Of a stretch of DNA of 59,753 nucleotides, positions 18,114 through 27,100 are shown in pieces. The stretch comes from Blastocatellia bacterium. Lineage in GTDB: Bacteria; Acidobacteriota; Blastocatellia; UBA7656. The notes below the pieces were generated by a model. That model ran no database searches. It saw only the letters and a list, made by a program, of their open reading frames with translations, and had not been told where the DNA came from. How positions within the stretch are numbered: position 1 is the stretch's first letter; every line of letters starts with the position of its first letter. Location: the NCBI GenBank assembly GCA_039648975.1, contig JBBWZK010000221.1:1-59753 (forward strand), given 5' to 3'. The position numbers and the translations under genes were made by a program.

Positions 18114-19712
18114 ATGTTTCGCAATCATCTGAACAAGATCAGCCGCAGCGGCACACAAACACAGAACGCCGATGACCAGCCAACGCGGCGCTTCGCTGAC
18201 TCGGCCTCGGCCCCTCACAGTCGCCGTCCGAGCTTTGGCGCGCTCCTCATGCTGGCGCTGGCGATCAACGGCCTGGTGACGCTGGTCGGCATCATTCAAC
18301 CGGCGCGCGCTTACAATCAGGATTTGGAAAAGCTCAACCGCTTCGTGCAAACGTCGAACGCGCCGGGCGACGAAGTGGCCATCTTCCGTGAAGGCCGCGA
18401 CCTGATCGCCGATGAAGAGTGGGGGGACGCCGCCAAGAAGTTTGGCGAATACATAGACAAATATCCGAAGGGCAAAGATGTTGACGCGGCACTCTACTGG
18501 ATCAGTTACGCGCTCGTCAAAGAAGAGAAGTTTGACGATGCCAATCGCATGATCGCGCGCCTGTTGTCGCAGTTTCCAAATTCGCGCTGGAAACGCGACG
18601 CCGAAGCCTTGCGATTGCAGAGGCCGACTCGCCAGTCGCCCAACAATATCGATAGCTATGACGACGAGACGAAAGCCATCGTTTTGCAGAGCCTCTTCCA
18701 GGGCAATCCCGAACAGGGCGCGCTCAGAGCCGCAGAAATTCTGCGCAATCCGAATGCGAGCCGCCACCTGAAAGAGACGGCCATCTCATTGCTCGGCCAG
18801 CACAGCGCGGCGCAGAACAAAGACTTGCTGATGGATATCGCGCGCAACAATACAGACGCGCAACTGCGCAAGACGGCGATCTTCTGGCTCAGCCAGACGG
18901 ATGATGAAAGCGTCCTCGACCTGTTGAAACAGTTTGCCACCTCAGCCGACGACGAAGTCAGCAAAGCGGCGGTCTTCGGCATCACGCAGCATCACAGCCC
19001 GCGCGTCGATGCCATACTGGCCGAGATGGCGCGTTCCGGGCCGTCGCGCCGCCAGCGCGAAGAGGCCATCTTCTGGATCAGCCAGCGCGACAGCGCCAGC
19101 AACGACGACCTGTTGATTCAAATCTTCGAGTCCGACAAAGACCCGCAGATTCGCCGGCGCGTCATCTTCGCGCTGACCCAGCGCCACTCGGAGACGGCGC
19201 GCACCAAGCTCTTTGAGATTGCCCGCGCTGCGGCTGACAAAGAATCACGCGAGGAGGCCATCTTCTGGGTCGGCCAGCGCGGCGACGATCAAGCGGCGGA
19301 CGCGCTCATTACCCTTCTCAACATCGAGCGCGACACCGAGGTGCGCAAAAAGATCGTCTTCTCGCTGTCGCAGATGAATAACCCGAAATCGCGAGCCAAG
19401 CTGATGGATGTGGTACGCAGTTCCGACGACGCCGAACTGCGCGGCGAAACCGTCTTCTGGCTGGCGCAGACCGGCGGCGATCAAATCGTCGATTTCCTCA
19501 GCCAGCTTTATGATGCGGAGAAGACCGTGCAGGTGAAGAAGAAGATTATCTTCGCGCTTACACAGGCAAAGGATCATAAAGCAGCCTTGCGCAAACTGAT
19601 GGCCATCGGCAAGTCCGACCCGTCGCCGGAAGCGCGCAAGGAAGCCATCTTCTGGATCGGCCAGAGCCACGACCCGGAAGCTCTCAAGTTCCTCGAAGAA
19701 ATTCTGAAGTAG
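18114..19712 (+). CDS. Exported TPR (BamD/YfiO-like) plus HEAT-repeat protein
   Basis: GGAG RBS; TM/signal; YPKGK...AALYW TPR pair; about 10 repeats of the R-x-x-A-(I/V)-F-(W/x)-(L/I)-x-Q type. Confidence 0.85.
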   Translation: MFRNHLNKISRSGTQTQNADDQPTRRFADSASAPHSRRPSFGALLMLALAINGLVTLVGIIQPARAYNQDLEKLNRFVQTSNAPGDEVAIFREGRDLIADEEWGDAAKKFGEYIDKYPKGKDVDAALYWISYALVKEEKFDDANRMIARLLSQFPNSRWKRDAEALRLQRPTRQSPNNIDSYDDETKAIVLQSLFQGNPEQGALRAAEILRNPNASRHLKETAISLLGQHSAAQNKDLLMDIARNNTDAQLRKTAIFWLSQTDDESVLDLLKQFATSADDEVSKAAVFGITQHHSPRVDAILAEMARSGPSRRQREEAIFWISQRDSASNDDLLIQIFESDKDPQIRRRVIFALTQRHSETARTKLFEIARAAADKESREEAIFWVGQRGDDQAADALITLLNIERDTEVRKKIVFSLSQMNNPKSRAKLMDVVRSSDDAELRGETVFWLAQTGGDQIVDFLSQLYDAEKTVQVKKKIIFALTQAKDHKAALRKLMAIGKSDPSPEARKEAIFWIGQSHDPEALKFLEEILK

Positions 19713-19839
19713 CATTCACTCCGCTGGGCCGCAGCTTGAGCGGCCAATTTAACTCGCATCGCTCATGTAAGCGGACGCCATTGGCGGCGCATCAGTTGGA
19801 GTTTGTCTCCAACCAGAAATTGATCATAGAAACCGCGCA

Positions 19840-19985
19840 AGCCCCGTAGGGGCGCGATGTTTATAGCAGCAGTTGACAAACCAGGCGCAAGCTCCGTCAG
19901 GAGCGAAATGTCGACATTGCGCCCCGACCGGGCTCGCGCATGGTTCGACACTCTGGACTATAAACATTTCGTCCCTAACAGGACT
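19840..19985. repeat. 146-bp REP/REPIN-like palindromic element, copy 2
   Basis: AGCCCCGTAGGGGCGCGATGTTTATAG...CTATAAACATTTCGTCCCT; same length and layout as 4953-5098. Confidence 0.85.
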
Positions 19986-20044
19986 GCGACACACGCGTTC
20001 GTCACTGTGCCCGCGAGACGCTACGCCATCGAAAGGAGATCGTC

Positions 20045-21229
20045 ATGAAAAGAATCCTTTGTACCTTCGCTCTCTTCTGCATCGTCAGCCTGACCGTTGC
20101 CGACCGCATTCACGCGCAGCGCGACAACTTGACGCCGGTTGACGGCACGAGCCTGCGCGGCAAACTCGACAACGCGATCAGCAAAGGCCGCGCGGCGCAA
20201 TCGCGCTTCTGGGCCGGTTATCAATTCGATGTGCGGCCCGGCGTCTGCGTCGATGCGGAATTCACCAACGAGCACGGCGGCAGAACCATCGTCAACGGCA
20301 TCGCCTACCAGAAAGGCCAGCGCATCGAGACGCGCAACCTCGGCGTTTTTCTGCTTTACGATGTTGGCGGCAACGCGCTCGACCGTGTCGAACTCTACAA
20401 CCTCGACCGCCACCACAGCTTCAGCGGCTATCCGGTCTACTGGATGGGCCATGCGACCAACGATGAAAGCCTGACGCTGTTGCGCGGCATCGTTGATACA
20501 AACACAACCACCAAAGTCGCCGAGAACGCCGTCGTCTCCATCGCTATGCACGACGACTCGCGCATTGACGGCATGATTGAAGGCTTCGCGCGCAACTCGA
20601 CGAGTCACAAGGTGCGCCACTCGGCAATCTTCTGGCTCGGCCAGTTGCCCGGCAGCCATCCGTACCTTGGCGAAGTCATCCGCAGCGAACAGGAGGACAC
20701 CGAACTGCGCAAGCAAGCGGCCTTCTCACTCGGCATCAGCAGCGACCCGCAGGCGATGGCGACCTTACAGAACACCTACGGCTCGATCAATAACCGCGAA
20801 GTGAAAAAGCAGATCATCTTCGCGGCCTTCGTCAATAACGATGAAGAGAAGACCGGCGTGACTGGCCGGAGCACCAAAGAGAAGAATTCCGGTAGTGTCG
20901 AGGGCACGAACTTTTTGATTCGCGTCGCCGAAACCGACAGCGACAACGAGTTGAAGAAACAGGCGCTCTTCTGGATTGGTCAGAGAGCCGGCCAGCGTTC
21001 GCTCGAAGTATTAGGCAAGACGGTCGAAAGCGACGACGCCGACACAGAGGTGCAGAAGCAGGCGGTCTTTGCCATCAGCCAGCGACCGAAAGACGAAGCC
21101 GTGCCGCTGCTCATCAAGATCGCCAAGACGCATGCGAAGCCGGAAGTCCGCAAGCAGGCGATGTTCTGGTTAGGCCAGACCGGCGACCCGCGCGCCCTGG
21201 AGTTCTTCAAAGAAGTGCTGTCGAAGTAA
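20045..21229 (+). CDS. Secreted HEAT-repeat protein
   Basis: AAGGAG RBS; signal peptide; repeats VRHSAIFWLGQ, LRKQAAFSLG, LKKQALFWIGQ, VRKQAMFWLGQ. Confidence 0.85.
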   Translation: MKRILCTFALFCIVSLTVADRIHAQRDNLTPVDGTSLRGKLDNAISKGRAAQSRFWAGYQFDVRPGVCVDAEFTNEHGGRTIVNGIAYQKGQRIETRNLGVFLLYDVGGNALDRVELYNLDRHHSFSGYPVYWMGHATNDESLTLLRGIVDTNTTTKVAENAVVSIAMHDDSRIDGMIEGFARNSTSHKVRHSAIFWLGQLPGSHPYLGEVIRSEQEDTELRKQAAFSLGISSDPQAMATLQNTYGSINNREVKKQIIFAAFVNNDEEKTGVTGRSTKEKNSGSVEGTNFLIRVAETDSDNELKKQALFWIGQRAGQRSLEVLGKTVESDDADTEVQKQAVFAISQRPKDEAVPLLIKIAKTHAKPEVRKQAMFWLGQTGDPRALEFFKEVLSK

Positions 21230-21252
21230 GCAAGAACGATCCGCGAATATTG

Positions 21253-21336
21253 CTTAACCACAGAGGCACGGAGACACAGCGATTACACGGAGAACTCTCT
21301 GTGCTGTCTCCGTGTCTCCGTGCCTCTGTGGTTAAG
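21253..21336. repeat. Perfect 25-bp inverted repeat (terminator/REP-like)
   Basis: CTTAACCACAGAGGCACGGAGACAC (21253-21277) and its exact reverse complement (21312-21336). Confidence 0.85.
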
Positions 21337-21445
21337 ATCATCGCAATCCTACAAAACTAAAGGGTCCTGTTATTCATTACGCCAGGCTTCTCGTTTGCTT
21401 GATGTCGCGCGGCGTTTCTGGCATACAAGCAAAGGAGCTTTGGCA

Positions 21446-22339
21446 ATGTACGACGACTTATCCAATTATCACCAGCCGATCACCGATCTCTTCACGCTGC
21501 CGCAGACGCATGAGGCATGGGCGGGCTATCGCTTGAGCGACGAGCAGATCGAATCTTATAAAGCGAACGGTTACGTCGCCGGCATCCGAGTGCTCACGGA
21601 TGAACAGGTTGAGGTTTTGCGCCGTGAGTTGAGCGCGCTGATTGACCCGGCACATCCACAGCATCGCCTGTTTTACGAATTCCACTCGAATGAATCCGAG
21701 GACGCGGCAACGACGCTCTTTCACGCGCTCGGCGCTTGGCGCATCGCGGCAGGCTTTCACGACCTGCTGTGGAACCCGGCATTCACCGTGCCGGCGTCGC
21801 AACTGCTGGGCGGCGCGGTGCGCTTCTGGCACGATCAGTTGTTTTCCAAACCGGCCCGTGACGGCGGCGTGGTCGCCTGGCATCAGGATTATTCTTACTG
21901 GACGCGAACCCAGCCGCTGGCCCACCTGACCTGCTGGATAGGGCTGGACGACGCGACGCGCGACAATGGTTGTCTGCATTACATTCCCGCAAGCCACCTC
22001 TGGCCGGACTTGCCGATCACCGGACTGGCGGGCGACATGGGAGTCATTCAATCGGTGTTGACCGGCGAGCAGCGCGCGCAGTTCAAGCCGGCGGCGATTG
22101 AGTTGAAGAAAGGCGAAGCGGCTTTCCATCATCCGCGAATGATTCACGGCTCGTTCGCCAACACGAGCGACCGACCGCGCCGCGCCACGGTCATCAACGT
22201 CTTTCGTGATGGAGTAAGATCAGCTACAAATGCGCCGCTGCTCGAAGGCGTGCCGGTGATTGCGAGCGGCGACGCGATGGGCGGCCAGTTCTTCCCTCTG
22301 CTGTTCGACCCCGATTCAATCCGGTCTTCATTCGAATAA
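21446..22339 (+). CDS. PhyH-family Fe(II)/2-oxoglutarate dioxygenase
   Basis: AAGGAG RBS; WHQD (HxD), [34 protein letters not shown] motifs. Confidence 0.88.
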   Translation: MYDDLSNYHQPITDLFTLPQTHEAWAGYRLSDEQIESYKANGYVAGIRVLTDEQVEVLRRELSALIDPAHPQHRLFYEFHSNESEDAATTLFHALGAWRIAAGFHDLLWNPAFTVPASQLLGGAVRFWHDQLFSKPARDGGVVAWHQDYSYWTRTQPLAHLTCWIGLDDATRDNGCLHYIPASHLWPDLPITGLAGDMGVIQSVLTGEQRAQFKPAAIELKKGEAAFHHPRMIHGSFANTSDRPRRATVINVFRDGVRSATNAPLLEGVPVIASGDAMGGQFFPLLFDPDSIRSSFE

Positions 22340-22441
22340 CAAGCTATGTGCAGCCAGTAGAACGGGTTTCCTTGCTGTTGCGCGAATGCTTCAGACGCGG
22401 CGATTGCTTCTGCTATACTCAGGGCATCAACGAGGTGATTT

Positions 22442-22699
22442 ATGCCAGTAACCGTTTCCTTGCCGGACGACATTCTTGCGAATGATAACGCCGATATTGC
22501 GCGTCAAGTCCTTGAACAGGTGGCCCTCGAGGGCTTCAGAACACGGCAATTGACCGTCGCACAGGTTCGCAGGATTCTCGGATTCAGGTCCAGGCTGCAA
22601 GTTTATGAATTTCTCGCTGCACACGGTGTTGCATGGGTTGATTATGATGAAGAAGAGTTGCAGCGCGAAGTTGAAACGCTCAGGAAATTGGCTCTTTGA
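22442..22699 (+). CDS. UPF0175-family putative antitoxin
   Basis: GAGGTG RBS; MPVTVSLPDD...ALEGF...LTVAQVRRILGF.SRLQVYEFLAAHGV resembles UPF0175. Confidence 0.75.
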   Translation: MPVTVSLPDDILANDNADIARQVLEQVALEGFRTRQLTVAQVRRILGFRSRLQVYEFLAAHGVAWVDYDEEELQREVETLRKLAL

Positions 22700-22805
22700 T
22701 GGGGTAATTCCCGACACTTCCATCCTCTTTTCAGGACTGCCAGTCAATCGCAGAAATTCACTGCTGGTCAGGTGCAAAAGCTGCGCAGCTTTAATTAACG
22801 GGTAG
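22699..22805 (+). pseudogene. Possible remnant of a PIN/DUF3368-type toxin 5' end
   Basis: TGATG coupling, then ATG GGG TAA. Adding one G to the G-run gives MGVIPDTSIL, a PIN-like start, but the similarity ends after about 10 codons. Confidence 0.35.
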
Positions 22806-23930
22806 AACCTTTGGGAAAACATCCCAGGCCCAGCGGCCAACAGGCGCGCCGTGCATATCAAACACCTTTGCTCGATAGCGAAATTGATTGCCGTGCTCAT
22901 CCGTTCGTTTCGATTCTCTGAAATCCAAACTGATTGCCGAGATGCCGAGTTCGGGCAAGGTGTGTAGCTCGCTAGGCTCAGAGATACCGTTATGATTGGT
23001 ATCTTGCCACAATCGTAGTGAGGAGAAGATATCATCTCGGCGATCAATGACGCCATCTCCATTGCCGCCATTGCCGATCAGGTCGTACTCGGCAAGCGCT
23101 TTGAAGCCATTCGTCTCCGGCGATTCCCGTTGCGGCGTGAAATTGCCAAACAACTCCAAGCCACTGTCTATCCGGCCATTGCCGTTACGATCTAAAGCCA
23201 GCCAGGCATTGTCAGAGCCGATTGCGGGCCAGGCAATGCGATAGCGTATCCCATTGCCGGTGGGATCGAAAAGAACGCCGCCTGCGGCATCTGTCAGATC
23301 AAAGCCATTACCGCTCACATCGATCAGAATGGGTGAATAGAAACAGCAACATGGCGGATACGCTATCATCCCACTTGGACAGGTAGCGCCATTCGGTGAA
23401 TAGGAGCAATTCGCGCCGGAAGGGCCGATACAGCCGCCTTGAGCCGTTTGACTTTGGACAGCGATGCTCACGTTGACGGTGGTCGGCATAGTTACGGTAG
23501 CGCCAACCGCACTATCGAGTAAGAACTGGCTGTTGATGATGCCTGTCTTGGTATTCTGGCCATTGGTGGTTATAGTGAAGGAAAAATTCGTCGCGGCTCC
23601 GCCACCAGCGAGCATCTTGGTTTTGGTTCGGCTTGGGGTCACCGTGTAGCCGATTTCACTAAAATTAGAGGCTACAATAAAATCCACCTTAGCACTTGCT
23701 GTTCCGTCCGTCGGCACATCCGCCGAAGTCAATAAACTGATGGTGAACGTGACGGAGTCGTTGGAGGCATAGATGGCAGTCTTACTCTGAGAGGAGTTTC
23801 CCAACTTCACCGTCGCAGCATAAAGGGCCGGCTCAGCGGTGGCCCTCCGGCTTCCTGAGGGAGTCAGCGACAGAGAAAATGGGTTTACCAAGATCAGGCA
23901 ACAAGCGAGGAGAAGAATGCGTGGCAACAT
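22791..23930 (-). CDS. Secreted protein: beta-rich N-domain, 6-Cys mini-domain, FrpC self-processing-module-like Ca2+-binding C-domain (paralog 1)
   Basis: GGAGG RBS; signal peptide; [51 protein letters not shown] align by eye with the FrpC SPM. Confidence 0.85.
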   Translation of the reverse strand: MLPRILLLACCLILVNPFSLSLTPSGSRRATAEPALYAATVKLGNSSQSKTAIYASNDSVTFTISLLTSADVPTDGTASAKVDFIVASNFSEIGYTVTPSRTKTKMLAGGGAATNFSFTITTNGQNTKTGIINSQFLLDSAVGATVTMPTTVNVSIAVQSQTAQGGCIGPSGANCSYSPNGATCPSGMIAYPPCCCFYSPILIDVSGNGFDLTDAAGGVLFDPTGNGIRYRIAWPAIGSDNAWLALDRNGNGRIDSGLELFGNFTPQRESPETNGFKALAEYDLIGNGGNGDGVIDRRDDIFSSLRLWQDTNHNGISEPSELHTLPELGISAISLDFRESKRTDEHGNQFRYRAKVFDMHGAPVGRWAWDVFPKVLPVN

Positions 23931-24115
23931 ATAGCACCTCCTACCAGCATTTTCCAAGAAGCAAGCAATTATCGAAATGCGGACTCAGAGTTTTGTAAGG
24001 AACGCTTCGCAGGTCAAATTTATACGCCTGAATCAATATGCTGTCAAGGAAAAAATATACAAACCTATACCATGTTTCATTACAAATCTATTTCTATAAC
24101 AATGCCTGTGGATAA

Positions 24116-24151
24116 AAGAGGCAGCGACCCGGTAGCGAGCCGCTGCCCTTT
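24116..24151 (-). terminator. Putative intrinsic terminator of the large modular gene
   Basis: GGCAGCG...CGCTGCC stem just downstream of the 24185 stop; on the minus strand it is followed by TCTTTT. Confidence 0.55.
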
Positions 24152-24184
24152 CATTGCGTCAGTGTTGAGAGCAGCAGACGCAAT

Positions 24185-27100
24185 CTATGAAACAAACGCG
24201 GCGTGCGAAGGGCGCGGCAATGCACTGCGCCGGTGATCGAGAGACGGAATGCGCCAGGCGATGGCGCGGCGTGCCGCCATCGGCATTGCTTCATTCATCG
24301 CCGCACTCAGCACGTCGCTCAAGCAAGCGCGCATCGCACGACACGATGGCGCGAGCCTGTCGGTTGCGCCTGGCTGCACGGCCAGCAACGTTGCGCCGGC
24401 TGACAAGGGCTGCGGCGCGCTGCTCATGGCCAGCGTACCGGTCGTCGCCGCCATCACCGCATTGGCGATGCTGCCGCCCAGAGGAATGAACGACGTGTCG
24501 GCAATCAGCGGATAGCTGACGGCGCGGCTGCTCGTGTAAAAGACCGTGCCGTTCTTGTAATACTTCACGCCGCCGCCTTCGACACTGATGCGGAAAACGT
24601 CGCCGCTGCGGTAAGCCGTCTCGCCCATGTAGACGTTTGCCTCGCGCACTTCGGCGATGCTGTAATCCGTCAGCTTGATCGCGTAATCAATCCCCGCGAA
24701 ATCGGTTCCCACAGGGTTGCGCGCCAGGCCACAGAAGCGCAGCTTGTTGGTCTCCTGCGCGGTAAACTGTAGATAGCCATCGCCCGACGCCAGCGATTGC
24801 TGCGAGCGCGCTCCGGCATCCGCCGAATCGTCGCGCCCGCCGGTCTTCTGCAAAGTGTTGCCGCTGGCGGTGCAGTTGACCACGCTTGTCCAGACCACAT
24901 TCTGAGTCGTGCCGCCGCCACCACCGCCGCCGCCACCACCGCCGCCGCCACTGCCAGCGCCCGGCGTCGTGAACAACATATCGCCCGATATGGTGAGATT
25001 GCCCGCCGCATCGCGCGACCTGACGCGGAAGTGATATGTGATATTCGCCACAAATCCGCTCAAGCTGGCGCTGTGACTTGTCACGCGCGTCGAGTTGAGC
25101 GCCGTGCTGCTGCCGTAACTGGCGGTCGTGCCATAATCGATCTGTGTGTCGCTGGCTTCGTTGGTTGCCCAGTTGATGGTTGCACCCGCCGCTGTGAGAT
25201 TCGCTGCGGCGACCGCGCTGACGACAGGCGGCGTCGTGTCACCCCCACCACCCGAAGGCGGCGGCGGAATCTTGACGATGAAGGCATCGCGGCGCGACGA
25301 CGAACCCCAGTTGCTGGTGAAGACGGCGAACTGGCCGTCGCGGCTGAGGTTGGCGCGCGGCTCGTCCCAGTAGTCGCGAAACACCGAATGGTGATGCGCG
25401 ACGCGGCGAACGCGCTGCGTGCCGTCAGTCGACACCAGAAGCAATTCATTCTTAAACAGGCCAGAGTTGGGCAGCGACGTGGCAACGAACAGGCTCACCA
25501 GCATCCAGCCATCACCATCGTCGAGCAGCGAAACATGACTACCCTGGCTCCAGTCGTTGCCCAGCGACAGGACGTTGAAAAACTGATGCGGGTTGGCAAG
25601 CTGACGCGAGTTGTAGGCGTTGTTCCAGTTGTCGAACCCGATGACCACGCCGTTGCCGCTATCGTGATGCCCCGGCGAAAAGTCCGGCGCACCATCCGTG
25701 ACATTGGCTACAGAACGGGTTTGCAGGTTGATGATCTTGCATTCAATGGCGCTCGCCGTTCCCTGATTGCCGGTCAGGATGGTCAGATACTGGCCGCTCT
25801 TGTCTACCTGCACTTCATCGACTTCGGTCGTCTGCGCGGTGTAGAGATTGTTCTGCGTGCGCTGCCAGCCGAGATAGCCAATGACATTCCAGTTCGCATC
25901 TTTCAGCGTGAAGCCGAAGCCATTGTCGTCAATCGATTTCGACATCTGATATAGGTTTGCGCCGGGCGCCTGGCCTGTGAAGTCCTTAACCAGCGTGTAG
26001 CTGTTCGCGGCGACGTTATAGGAATAAATCTTCATGCCGGAATGGCAGTAGATGATATCCGGGTCATTGCCGCTCCAGGTGACATCATCGTTCCACGGAT
26101 AGCCGCCGCCCGGCAGCACAGCCCTGAACAAGGCGCGCTTGTTCGAGATGCGAAAGTTCACCGGGTCGAAGTCATACAAGGTCGGGTCGCCGTCGCTGAT
26201 GAAAACCATCAGCCGCGTGCTGTTGCGATTGAGGCTCGGCCAGTAGGAATAGCTATTGTAGTTGCTCGTGCCGTCGCGCTCGTCGGTGATGCGCAAAATG
26301 GTAGTCCCGAATACAGGATCAACGATTGTGCCGCCAGCCGCAGGCAAGGCGGGCGGGGCCGGCTCAGCATAGACGTTCTTATCCGTCTTGAGCGGGTCAA
26401 CGCCGCCGCCACCACCGCCGCCACCGCCGCCTGCCGTCGAGGCAGTCATGAAAGTCTGGTCGCCCGACACCAGAAGGTTTCCGGCAGCGTCGCGTGATTT
26501 GACGCGGAAGTGATACATCGCGCCGGCAGCAAGCCCTGCGAGCGTGGCGCTGTGATTGGTCACCATCGACGTTGAAAGTGTCGTGCTGCTGCCGTAGCTG
26601 GCCGACGTGCCGTATTCAAGCTGCGTGTCGCTGCCTTTGTCTGTCGTCCACGTCACGCTTGCGCCGCTGGTCGTCAGGCCGCCGGTCGAAAGCACAGAGA
26701 TGACTGGCTCTGTGCCGCCACCGCCGCCACCGCCACCGCCTGACGCGCCGGTGGCAAAGGTGTAATCGTTCGAGGTGGCGAGATTGCCTGCCGCATCACG
26801 CGACTTGACGCGATAGTGATATGTAGTGCCGGCTACAAGCCCGCTCAGAGCCATGCTGTGGCCTGTCACTCTGGCGCTATTCGCGGCACTCGCGCCATAA
26901 GCGGTCGTCGCGCCATAGTCGACGGTCGAGTCGCTCGCTTCATCAGTCGTCCAGTTTACGGTAGCCGTGCTCGCCGTCACGCCCGAACTGGCGACGGCGC
27001 TGATGACCGGCGGTATCGTATCAGCGCCGGGATTGACAGTGACTGACGCCCTTGCCGTCGCGCGCGGGTCAGCCGCCAGCGTCGCTCTGACCGTATAGGT

